Assembly: GCA_965235115.1 (NCBI GenBank)
Contig: OZ249436.1
Coordinates: 58,528,001 to 58,592,000 of the forward strand
Length of the DNA: 64,000 nt
Direction of reading: 5' to 3'
Source of the DNA: Laetmonice hystrix
Taxonomy: Eukaryota
The notes below the pieces were generated by a model that saw nothing but the letters and a program-made list of their open reading frames with translations, did no database searches and was not told where the DNA came from. The position numbers were made by a program, and so were the translations under genes. This document shows positions 27,900 to 40,178 of the stretch, one piece after another (position 1 is the first letter of the stretch; each line of letters starts with the position of its first letter).

Positions 27900-28160
27900 G
27901 AGAGCGTTCCTTCGCTGCCTTCTTAGAACAGAAGCAGGAGTGCATCATTTCCGTTTTCCATAATGGCCGTCGTGTTTGTGCTTTGTCAGCTGGTGGCGGT
28001 GGGGAAGCATCTGTTTCACAGAATATTGACCTGGCTCTCGCGGATTTGACCAATGGGGCAGAGGCAAAGATGTGGCGAGGATTATTTGCGGAGCAGAGGT
28101 AGACAATTTGGAGCCGAAATCCACTGTCGGAAGAGTTACGGCAAGCCAACTGCCTTATTA
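27900..28160 (+). mobile_element. Possible decayed RecQ-like SF2 helicase N-terminus
   Basis: QECIISVFHNGRRVCALSAGGGGEASVSQ resembles Q...I..V..GxDV....PTGxGKS..YQ with the Walker A degenerate; later TIWSRNPLSEELRQANCL (motif Ia-like). Confidence 0.22.
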
Positions 28161-29439
28161 ATGCACCTTTCACCGACTGCAAGGAATAAATCAAGTTCGG
28201 GCCCTTTTTGTTACTTATGAAGACAGTCCCAGTGAAACTTAGGCTGTTTTTCTCCGAGACGACGGAACGTTAGGGGAAAATAGCAATCTGAGATATACTG
28301 AAGATTTGCTCTTTTTGTCTCCTTTTCCCCTTATTTATATCCCTGTGGGCTAGTCTACGTCTTGGTTTGAAAGTATTATATTGGCAGCTAGTAATTCGAT
28401 TAAGCCTTTCTGCTTGCCCATGGGGTGAGAACATTTCATGTGTAGCTTGAGAATATTTACTTGAAAGAAAAAACAAATACATTTTCCGCCGCAGGGCCGT
28501 TCAGAAAAAAAGCTTTTGGGAGATTTGCAAGAATCTGAAAGGGTTTTCTAATTTTTTGTTTTTGTTGGTATTCCCATTGGTTTATGAATTCACATTCATT
28601 TTACACAACCAATGTCAGATAAATCCTCCACTTGGGAATGATGATCCATAACTCGCTGCTAGAAGCTTGTGAAGTAGAACTCAGAGGGAAAGGGTGCAAG
28701 AGGCGCTTCATACAGATATATACGTAGTTGGCACGAAGACAACAATGTTGAAGGACTGCCATCAAGACTCCCATGTGGCAAGGCAAAAAAAAGATAATTT
28801 GCTTCGAATATGCATGGGGCTGCCATGAAGTTGGTGAGTTGAGGGATGAGAAGGTTGCCACCTATTACGTCTTCATGAGCTGAGGAGCTGCACCAAGACC
28901 CACCGAGGGACACCACTAACTAATCAATCAGGATGTTCTGGACCACAGAAGAAATGCCAAAGTAATCCATCAGTAGAGGTTGTCTAGTTGTCTGCAGGTT
29001 TCATTTGTCACTAAGGAGTAAGTATCAGATGAGGTGTTTAGGGTGTTGGTAAAGGAGGCTTTACAGTTTGGAAGGGCATTCAATGTTGTGATGCCGACAG
29101 CTACCATTGACAGGCACGCCACAGGGCCTGCCCCATTGGTTGTGGGGTTGATGGCTGTGGGCATGCTGTGATACTTGGATTCCCTTCTGCCATCGTAACC
29201 CTCATGTCTGATAGAAACACCAATAGTGCTTTAGTCAAAGGATTCCATCAAATATGCCCTCTCAAGGCTGTCCAAAGGCTACGGCGCTTGAATAAAGCTA
29301 CCCTGTAGTTCTTTCAACTCTTTTGAGCCTAAACAAGATCTGAACCACGTTCTAAATAGGGGTAGTCAGTAAGGACCGATTTGAGGGTGTCGGTGCAGCA
29401 AAATGGTGCTGGCAGGAGGAAAGCAAAGATACAAATAGC

Positions 29440-29900
29440 ACCATCAGAGATAAAATCACGGATGATGTCCTCACCCATTGGTATGGATTTATCTGGCAGC
29501 AATCTATTATCTTGTCTCAGATCGATCACAACAGCAGTAAACATCGTTAGTCCAAACAATCTGAGTCGACAATCGAGGGAATGCCAGTCCTATTAAAAAT
29601 GCCAACATTCTGAAACTGGAACCGATGCCGCAATGATAGAAATGAGGGTGTAGAATTACTGAGAGAGATTTCTACCTTTGAACTTTTTAACGTTACCTTA
29701 TATATCCCTCGCTGGCTTGATGTCTGTGCCAGCAGCAGATCGTTATACGTCTTTAGCATTTCCAAGTGAAATTAATAACAAGAATGATATGCAGGATCTT
29801 AATTTCCAATTCCATTCCATGTGCGGGAAACGCGTCCCCTGAGCAGGATTTGCTGAGGAGAATTGACAAATTCCTCGCCGCGGCAGGAAGATTCCTTGGT
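29440..29900 (-). mobile_element. Decayed Ty3/Gypsy integrase fragment
   Basis: HQGI..R..ICQFSSANP...PH..W (zinc-binding region); DLL...GIYKVTLKSSKVEI; IFNRTGIPSIVDSD (IFxRxGIPxxxxSD); frameshifted NGE (SNG.AE position). By-eye only. Confidence 0.38.
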
Positions 29901-32900
29901 GACATGGGATCAGATAACTGTAATAATCCCCACGGCCTGTTCCCACTATCTGCCTGATTTAAATCCTCCTTATCTGTAGGTTGCCCAGACCGCCGCCTGT
30001 ACGTCTCAATGGCTTACCTTTGCTACATCAACAAAATGATTTAGCAGAATCGCAGGCAGTGGTTAGGCGGGGCGGGAGGGGGTGGAAGTGAGCTTAAGGA
30101 TGTAGACTATCCTGGCACATGAACAAAGGATATGACTTCAGCTTATCGGCATGAAATACTTTTCTTAGAAATAGCCATTTAGAAGTGAAAAGGCTGACAA
30201 CGCATGTTCCAGTTTATCATTGATGTAAACGCTGGTATCCAAATTAACACCGAGCTCAATGTATAGGCTCTGTGCTAGGTGGTCATACCTGTCACATCCA
30301 CTTCAGGTGCAACATTTTCGGTTTTAAAACGGTCGTAAACATTTCATACAGAATCTAATTCTTTTTGAAGGTTTTGAAATGACGCTCTTCCCTTTTTTTA
30401 AATCCAGTATGTCTTGTAAAAATGAATTTGTAACCTTTTACTGACTCTAGAAACCTACTCTCTCTAGTGTTAGCATCTACTTAACATGGCATTCTATTTG
30501 TTTATTTAGATGAAACTTAAATTTAAATTATGTGTATTAGTGTATCGGTGTTAAAGTGGATGACGTTCATGAAGAAAAAGGCGATGTTATTTCGTTCAGT
30601 GTAGCAAGTAGCTCTTCATCATCCTTGGATTGCATTTATAGTCGTCATTACATCGACCCTCCCACGAGGGCGTGGTAACGTTAGGAGTGACCCACACCCT
30701 CCTTCACCTTGGCTTGTCTGACACCCTCTGGATAGCTGGGTGAGGAAGTGTCGAGGCGGAAGTAATGTACCTTGTCAAACCCCCATTACGGCCCATGCTG
30801 AAGGTGATCTGTGCCCTGCCCTCCCACTGTGATCTCACTTCGATCATACCAATATCCCCTAATGTAATGTCAGCTACAAATGCCTGTCAGTTCTCATTTG
30901 GCATGCTGGACTGCTCCAGTTGTATAAGACTACAAACCTTAGAACTATCAATATCAGAAGGAATAGAGGGGTCCTGCCTAGTCTGGGTACTGTGCGTGTA
31001 GCGCAGGCTTTGTAGTGTTTGTCTTTCAACAAAGGAGGGTGCAACAGTCAGCTGTTGGGCCCGCAGCCCTTGCGTACATGTACCGGTACTTGCCGCTGGT
31101 ATAATTTTTACGATTACCTCGGAACAAAGGAAGGCACCAGATATAAAGGTCGTCCTTGCTTTGTTTTACCAGCAACGCTATTATCTTTTGTGTGTTTGTA
31201 CATGTACTTGCACTTTATCGAGGTTGATTATAGCTGAACAGTGTACGGAGGTCGTCCCACCCACACCTGTGGCCGCCAGGGAAACACAGGTTAATATGCA
31301 AGTACCGTACGGTATCATCTAAAAGGCGCCGTTATAAAGATTATGACGATTGTCTGATGGTAACGTTGTCAGTTACTGTGTACAGTTACTACTTTTTACA
31401 GTCACTGTATATCCCAAATTATAAGGTTCATAGTCAGCTTTCCAAACCACTTCAAAAGATTGTGTGTGCCCTAGCCCCTGTTTTATAGGCATGCCAGCAG
31501 AGTCGAGCTTAGCTTGTCGCTACGGCTCCAAACTTACATACATATCATCATACATGATACGTGTGTATCATTTGACTTGAATACTTCAGGCATCGTGCAT
31601 ATTAAACCGAGTATAGTTTGAAAACTGAGCTATGCCGTCCTGCCATTAACAGCAGCAGCTATTTAGGTCCATTAGTCCTGATCCTATTTGTTATCTATAA
31701 ATGTGTTGAACAGAATCTGGTTTAATTTGGTAAAGAGCAGATTCCATTTGACACACACTGGGACCAACTAGGTGCACACATTCGGGATTTTCTTTCGACA
31801 TTTGTTTTCATTATCCCACCATTGTATTGAGTGTAAAGCCTGGTTTAAAGCTTTATGACGATACAAAGATAATTGTGTGGCTTGGAACGAGTGTTTGCCA
31901 CGGTTTTGGGTGTTAAATTACTCGTTTATCACTGCGGTTTGAACAGTTAGCTATTAATTTTTGGCCATTGTCAATTTAACATCAGATTCCTGCTAATAGA
32001 CCTCTGAGACAATGCATGGACTGCACATGAAGGTGTTGGGTTACTTTTGGAGCAACAGAGGGGATGGAGGTAATGGATGATAAAAATTACCTCTTATTAA
32101 TGGATTAGCTACTTCCAGACATGTGGTGATTATTGTAACTTTATAATAAAAGACGGGAGAGGAGTTTAGTAGAATACGTTTTACACTCCCAGAAACACGC
32201 CTTTGTTCTAACAAAAAAAAACAGAACTATATTCCAGAGTCGTAAAGTTCCGACCTGACAAGTAAATATGGCGCTATTAACAACTTCGGCTGCAAATCCC
32301 CTGGCACAAATAGTTTGTTTTATATTGTCAACAACAGCTGAGAGTATTAGAAAACTTGGAAGACAGGATTGGCATTGTTGGTTCCCAACCGCATGGCAAA
32401 TATTCAACTATGATTCTGCCCCAACAGCTCAGCTTGCCTTAAAAGGAAGGCTGGCCACCTGCGCACGGAAGCCTTGCTACAGCACGCCGTTGCAGGAACC
32501 ACTAAAATAGTTCACCTTGCCCGCCTACGTCGGCTTCATTATGCTTAACAAGACATCGGGAGCTGTTGAGCGTTGCATACGCATACAGACATCGATTGAC
32601 TAAGGCTTTGGCTTGAGTACGGTATGTACTTGGCTGAGGGGGGCAAGTGTCACATTCAACCACTTGGGTACTTTGGATAGGTTAAGTTCTACTTTACTGT
32701 TGCATTAATCATTGTAGAGCAAGATGTCTAGGTTACTTCATATTGTTAGGTTTAGCAAGTGAGAGGAGTTGCGATGTGTGTGCGCAATTGAAAAAAGGCA
32801 CAACTTACAAAGACAGTAGCAAAGAACAAAGAATATTATGCAAGAATATATATGAAGGCTTCGAAAAATATGTAACATGGGCGAATTTACAAAACGTTTT

Positions 32901-34879
32901 CCAGTAACACTGACAACTTTCGACTAATGAAATATTCGAGGAACAGTGCAGCATTAATATTTCAGGAAGATTAAATTATTTGGATGCCTTTGAGGTGAGA
33001 TAGGCACGAGTCGCCCTCCCAGGCCTCATCCAAACCATTCACTGCTCCTGTTATGAAATAGCTTTAGGGGCTGGCGCATTGACAAACAACTTCATAAAAC
33101 AATATTATATTCCTTTTACCATTCATCATCCATTATCTTCACCAAGGTCCTAATGCCCCATCGCACTACCTGACAATAAATGGTATTAATCGGCCGCTGG
33201 CTAAAAGCCGCAGATGGCGTGGCATCATGTTTATTTCTGCAAAATAATGAGTTCGTCTTCAAGTGCTTTATTTAACTCGCTCCACGAGGCTGCATGTCAG
33301 GTCATTTTGATTTCTTTTCTATACGTAACTTTTGAAACTTGAGTACTTCATTTCCCTCGTAGGTATGTTTTCAGATTGTTGATCTCTTGATTACCAACGG
33401 GTCGACCCTCTCACACGATGCCCGACTAATTGAGGCAGTATGGCCAGGTGTACGCTGAACACTTACCGTAAATTATTTTCTTTTTATATTTTTGCTTCGT
33501 TTCTTTTCTTGAACATAATAATATAACAGATATACCGGCTGACGGTTGCAGTTTGTTAATCTAGAACCCGGTCACAGGTAAAGCAGAACATGAATGATCA
33601 TGAGATTGACTGAATGGAAATTTGAGAGGCCCTGACTTGGCCAAGAGACGAACAGCAGTATATTAAACAGTAAAATATTATCTCAGCGTCGACGGTATGC
33701 GACCCTACATACCTGTCTACACAGATGGCACGCTGATCGATAACACTGATCTAAAGTTAGAAACGAAAGTGGTATTTTGAATGCTGACTATTTATACCAT
33801 CATTAGCTCATCTATCCTAAGTCTGTACAAGCGCGGAAGTTTTCTGTAAGTAGTATATGAAAAGTAACGATTGCTGCAGCTCCAAGGTGTCACTCTCAGG
33901 GAGTAGTATCAGTTTGGGTTGGGAATATACCGGTTCGGCTTTCTTCCCTCGTGAGTAGTTCTCTCATTATAGTAATATGATGGAAAATACAGACAGGCCA
34001 AAGGCAGCAATCTATATCACTAGAGTCTAATATTAAGATTCTAATATACCTAATTGAACAGACTGTGCGTGCCAAGCGATTTAATTTGTAAAAGATGAGA
34101 TGGTTCAAAGTAACGTCAAGTATAGTGGCAGTCCGACTTGATCTCGGAAACGTCATGAACCACCGGCAACTCTTGTTGATTTAGAAATTGAAACATCAAA
34201 TTTACACAAGTTGTTCTTCTGCTTAAAACACTGAATAACATGAAGGTGAGTGGAAGGTCAGGGGTGTCCCTGTAAGACCTTGTCTAACATGAATGTAAGT
34301 AATGATTCTTACCGTTTTTGTTCCAAGGTTTTCTACCCGACATCTCAGCACAGCCCGATCTCCTGGGCCGACGGTGATATTACGAGGGGTTGGCCGAAAC
34401 TGTGGTATGTATACGTTCCGTTCTTTTGATGAGTGCTGCCCACCTGCTAATATAAAACATTAATATGTCATAGTAAGAGAGTTTAAATGTTGCCCCTGTA
34501 TCAGAGCCTCCAATAGGATCAAAATTATCAACAAGTATTACATTACACATGGCACACAATTAAATCTTGCTTATCTTAAATTATTGATCATTTGAATTTG
34601 CCTCGGTTGCAGAGAGTGTGTGTAAATCAGTGTGACAGGTTGTTTTAATAGAAAACAAGCACATAAAGTCACATAAATATTGATTCCCATTCAAAGAGCA
34701 CGTAAATGGATATCGAAATATATTGATGTGTAATTGTTGCGTGTATAATTGGTGTCATGGATACGCTCTAGGTGTTTTGTGATTCCACTGCATACTTTCT
34801 GCCAATACAGTTGTCTATTTTATGTCTGGTGTTTTCTAATTGGAGTTTAAAAGGATCATTCCTACATCACGAAAATGTC

Positions 34880-35200
34880 ATTATCCTCCTCCTGCAATGC
34901 GTTTGGCCTTACTATTCGATTTCCTTTTCTTTTCTGACAAAAGCAATAAAGGGTTATTCAATAATTCGGAAGGATGCTTTCACCGTTTTTCCAGAAAATC
35001 TTATGTATGCCAGGGAGAGATTAGCAGCAGTCCTGTGATGTGAATTAATGTCAGAAGGTCTTCATAAAATGTTTCCAAGGCCTTTTGCGCAGAATTCATA
35101 TGGTATTTAATCAAACAGAGAAAATGACAGCCACTCGAGTCCATCATGAAATCCTTCAAGGTACTGCGAAAGGCTGATTGAAACTCAGGAGCTAATGGCG
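34880..35200 (-). mobile_element. Decayed L2-type RT fragment
   Basis: PEFQSAFRS and HMNSAQKALETFYEDLLTLIHITGLLLI resemble FQSAFR..HSTETALxKxxNDLL..xDxG..xLxL. Confidence 0.33.
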
Positions 35201-36916
35201 GTTCAGAATTAGTTGTCCGTAAGGAGATGGATGATGTTGTAAATTGGCAAGAGGCAGTCAATTCTAAAAGGCCCCAGGGCGATGAAGATGATGAAGGTGT
35301 TGGGAGGGATCAGATAGTTGGGATGGGTCGCGTCTACTCGACCGTTATGTCACGTGACGACACGTTGCGGTGGGATGGCTATGTCTGGGCCTGTCAGGCA
35401 CAATTCAGTCCGGAGTCGGACCACTAGACTTACTCAGGTCGGCCTGAACTCCCTGTAACATGTATGGCAACAGTAAGGAGTATGAAATCTTAATACCCAG
35501 CTCATTACACCTTAACTCGAACCGTAACTTCTTCCTTAATGTCCACCCTGACCATCCTCTATTAACTCCTGATTGTAGATTCCGTGATATCACTGGTAAC
35601 CCATCAGGTTTCGGGTCGGATTCTTCCCCTACATTACTTGGCTTAATTGAGAATGACACTGTTACTGATAAAATGTCTAACGATTAACTCAAGAGTTATT
35701 TTAAGAACGACTTAAAACGAGCACGACGACGCGATTTCAGCTAATACAGGAAGGAGATCAAGAAGGGCTCCCATCACCAGCGTACCGCCTCCCCCCCCCC
35801 CCCACTCCATCTCCCCTTAACTGACTCCACCAGAATGGCTTTGATACTGCCCTCATAATGTGAAAAGGGCTTATATTGAACACTGATAAAGTGGTGATGA
35901 TGCATGGGCGCTATTATCAGTGGTATTGTGTTGATGAACCAGAGGCTAGGTAGAGAGGAACTGTTCACAGAGGCGGCAGGAAGACATTGTAATTAAATGT
36001 ATATAGCATGAGATACGTGTGTCAGATTGTGTGGCGAGCTGCTCCCAGGGGGAGCGGCAATCGGTGAATCAGGACATGAGCAGGGCCAATTCATCACGTT
36101 TTGTTTCGCTCCAGGTCTCACTAACTGACATCAATACTCCACTACTCCATCCATCTTTAGCCACCTGCTACACTGCAACCATACCGAATCTAACCCCTAT
36201 TTTTCAAACGAAAGAGGTGAGGTGGCAATTTGTGATTGATAGTCAGTCAATATATGACTCAGGGAGTTTGGGTGTTTTTTGGACTGCATTTATCTAACTG
36301 CGCAGTGTACGCTGCCTTCAGTTGGCCAGCCGGCAGATTTGGGGATTTGTAATTTTGTCATCGACTTGTACACGCCAAGCCAGTCATGTAACATGAAATG
36401 TTTCAGCTGGATAATTCATAATTTGAAATCATCCATTCATGGGAAGGGCCTGAATATGTGTCCCAGCCCCGCTAAGAAGTGCCTCAAGCCCCTAGTGGTG
36501 GAGCGATTGTTGAGCAGTGGGCCTTTCTGTAACGGTCTACCGACCAACATTAAATAGGCCCTACAAAGTGAATGAAAAAGGGGTGGGGGTGGGGCATATA
36601 CAAGTTGATTAACTTTAGCCGTTCAAAAGCGTTTCTGATATTATTCTGAATAAATGTAACTGAGCGGGGAAATACCTTTATTTTGTTCTGCCGCTGGTTG
36701 TCCTTTCTAATTACTTATTTACATTTTTATTTACACATTAATTCATTATTTTTCTTTGGTTCCAAACCATTTACTCCGTGAATTTGTGAGGTTTGTTTGT
36801 ATGCCAGTCAGTAGCTCTTACAAGGAATGTAAATGAGACATAGACTTCCCTTACTTGTTAAGACGTGTGTCGATAAATTAACATGAACAGGACACCATCA
36901 AACAGTGAACATTAAT

Positions 36917-36990
36917 GACCGCTGAACATGGTATCTATTTCACTCACTGACAGACCGCTGAACATGATATCTACTTCACTCAATGACAGA
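36917..36990. repeat. 36-bp tandem duplication (2 copies, 3 mismatches)
   Basis: GACCGCTGAACATG(G/A)TATCTA(T/C)TTCACTCA(C/A)TGACA at 36917 and 36953. Confidence 0.85.
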
Positions 36991-37269
36991 CAACATCACA
37001 ACCCATCTCACGTGACATACTCCTACTAGATACGGGTGAGATGAAAAGGGCCTCAGTGAAATATAAAACAAAACACCACAAGGGTTTTATTGACCAGACT
37101 GGGGGCATGCCCAAGTACGCCAACTGTCCGCCTTCAGTAAAAATAACAGGTGAAAAGAACTAAAGACACTCAAAGAACATGACAGTCACCACAGGTGTTT
37201 CAAGTAACTAGTACACTGCACGGAGGTGATACGGCAGCACAGTGCATGCCGTGAACATCTACCACCCAC

Positions 37270-37332
37270 CTTCGTCATCCCTTCGATAAGAATCGACATG
37301 CCCAAGCATATCAATGTCCAGGGATGAAGTAC
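37270..37332 (-). other. Candidate 63-nt symmetric internal exon (xTSSLDIDMLGHVDSYRRDDEx), host gene unknown
   Basis: Minus strand: tctcccgctcttactatcttacag acceptor, stop-free 63 nt, then AAG|gtgggt donor. Confidence 0.2.
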
Positions 37333-38984
37333 CTGTAAGATAGTAAGAGCGGGAGAGAATCATGAGAGATGAAAGTAGTAGTTAAAGAAGAGGGCAGACC
37401 ATCCATGTGGCTGATGAAAGGAAGGAAAGTTCTATTAGCAGGCAAAGTTTGATCTTCTTAGCACCTCTGATGGGATTTTTTTTCTCTGCATGCTTGACAT
37501 TCCCCCTTCTATTTAATGATATATTGATAATCTCTCGGTAATAGCTTAATGGTTGTGGTTGCTCTTTTTCATGGTGGCATGAATCTGTTTTACATGCCTG
37601 ATGTATAAGCCAATGTCTTGGACCCAACGTTGGGGATTTCGTCTATGTACAGTAACCGTAATGAAGTGTGTGGGGGGGGGGGGGGGGGCAAAGGTTAGGA
37701 GCAGGTCGTAGGACTCCCCCGGATATTCCTCGAAACTAATTATATCAAATTAGATTCCGATGTCGGAGATGGCATGTTCTAATGTAGCGGCGAAATGGCA
37801 GAGGTGTCCTACTACCACAGCGCCAGCTGAGGTAAAACTCGCTTGATTAGGGAGGCGCCCGCAGCCAAACGGACGGAGGAATGGAATTACATAGCGTTCA
37901 CAAAGCGAGTCTCCGATATTACAGTGCAGGAGTAACCTCCTTTGATTTCTAAATGCAAAAGATATTTTATTTACTCAGGAATGTTTTTCAAGAGTTTCAC
38001 TGCCTTGTTCGAAAGCCGAATTCATGACCTGCGAAGCTAGAGCCAAGATCACGGAAAATCTGCCGTCCGTATATTAGCCACGTTTTGCTTTCTCTTTGAG
38101 ATTACAGGCGGAAACTCGAAGGTTCAAGCACACAAGTCATTAGGCATATTGTCTATTAATTGCAGCCATTTCAAAGTATTTTTCCTGATTTGTTGCATGA
38201 TCGGGCATTGAACTCGCACAACCTGAAGGCTAAACAATGCCATCAGTGTTTGCAATGCTTGAATGAAACACAGCGGGGGAAGATTTAGAGCCAGCGTTCG
38301 GATGGCGTATGAGGAATGTGGACGTCCATCAATTGAGTGGAGCTTAAGGATGTGCAGTGTGAATCTAATAAATACAGGCAAGCTGTGAGTGAGGACCCCG
38401 TGAGTGTGAATATGAGGAAGTGATATCAAAGCCAATTTATCACACCCTGGGAGTGCAGGTGCATACGGCATAGCATGTGTTGGGAGGATGACGTGAGAAG
38501 ATAGATGGAGAAGCAGCCGACTCCTTGGCATTGCTCCTGACAACCGGTTCTGTCTACGCAACACTGGAAGGGCATTAGTTCGTAGTCCGGACAGTGATTA
38601 TGGTTAGCCGGGTGTGGCTGTGGCTGTGGGGAGAAAGAACTGGCAATGACATAAAGTACCGCAGATTATGACTATCCTTGACATGGCGGAACCCATGGCA
38701 CATGAAGAAATAACGTAGGGATGATAGAAATTGGAGTAATTTATTAAAGACTATGTATGTTTATGACATGCATTGATATTCAAGTTGCTGATATTTTAAC
38801 AAGAGGGTATAGAAGAATAATAAATATACTTTGACGTTTTCATTTTGAAAAGATTGGCACCTGGGTTCATATTTCCACAACGATAAAAGTTTTCCATGAA
38901 AAGCCTGTTTTCACCTGGGACCCGCAGCGTTATTGCTAGCAGCGCACCCCAACTGCGTAAGCAACGAGGGGGGCTCCCAAAAGA

Positions 38985-39620
38985 ATGCATTCATCATTGC
39001 AGGAGCAAGTCGAAGCTAGCCAGCATGATCCATGTGTGGCCAACATCTATAGTTCATCCGGCAGCGACGTTGTCGGAAGGAAGTGCATGCTATATGACTA
39101 GGACCGCTGATTTGGCTTGTTTAAGTACCAAACATGTGGCAGTGAAGATCCTATGTCGGAATATAACTCATTTTCAAGACGGATATAATATAAGAATGGT
39201 TAGATACTGTCAGTCAAAATGTGTTTTCTTAATGAAGGGTGCCAAACTTCTATGGCCCTCCCAACATGGGCGATGTCTAGCGGCAAGCTGGGCCGTGAGT
39301 TATTGCAAGTCGCGCGGGTCGGTGGATAAAGGATCGTCGAGTTTGAGGGTTGGCAATGCTGAATGGTGCAGTTGGGGCATAGACCAGTAAATAGCTGGTA
39401 TTTCACTCCAGCTCATTGTAGACCAAGTGTGGGGCGAGTTCAAAAGAATATCGTTCACCAAGATTACCAGGAAGGCTCTCCAAGGTAGCTCCATCATGTG
39501 CACAAAGAAACCTTATTAATAGCACTCGGCAGTGGCTTATTGGAAGGGGAGATTGAAATCATTGAACCATGCCCTTCTCCCCTTGGGTTTGAAAATCATA
39601 GATTTAAGGTTTTATACGAC
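38985..39620 (+). mobile_element. Decayed APE-type endonuclease of a CR1/L2 LINE
   Basis: IHHCRSKSKL (N-terminal NxRS motif); GSACYM..RTADLACLSTKHVAVKILCRN (GGGVxxY..RxDL...ExxWxxI); frameshifted MGD; later TKIT...IMCTKKP and ENH (SDH-like). By-eye only. Confidence 0.4.
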
Positions 39621-40113
39621 TGCCCTATCGGAACAAATTTGGTCTGGGTTTACAGAGAATTTCCGGGCGTGTACAATAGAAAATATATACTACGGTAGAT
39701 ATATTTAGATCTGGTATTGGTTCCTCTACCACAGAGTTGATGGAGACTCGAATTGTATCAGTTTACATATCAATATTTTATTAGAATTAACCCAATCGCG
39801 TTCATACATGGTTCTAGTCGATTAGTTTCAGGCATTATTATGATAATTTACCCCGTTATCCAGGAGCCTACCATGATGTACCCGTACAGTCTGACACCTA
39901 CACCCTTCCCCCTACCCCCACACACCCACAGTGTAGGACCTCGGGGCGCAACCGCTCGTGGAGCATACTCTGCGGACAGTCATTCTTACAGAAACCCCGT
40001 ACTTGTGATTTAGGTAATCTAATTTCAGGCTCGAGGCCAAGGTGGTGTTTTACGCGCGGGCCTAACCGTCTGTGAGAATACAATGTGTGGGTGTGGGTGG
40101 CGGGTGCGGTTGT

Positions 40114-40178
40114 GTGAGTGGCGCGTGTGGTGAGTGGCGCGTGTGGTGAGTGGCGCGTGTGGTGAGTGGCGCGTGTGG
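40114..40178. repeat. 16-bp GC-rich tandem repeat (GTGAGTGGCGCGTGTG) x4
   Basis: TGAG recurs at 40115, 40131, 40147 and 40163. Confidence 0.9.

Noticed and set aside
1845-39153. HVAVKIL encoded at both 1845-1865 and 39133-39153 with only synonymous differences, suggesting kinase subdomain II
   Set aside because: No other kinase motifs (HRD, DFG) nearby; the 39133 context fits an APE endonuclease better and the 1845 copy abuts a poly-C run. Treated as coincidence.
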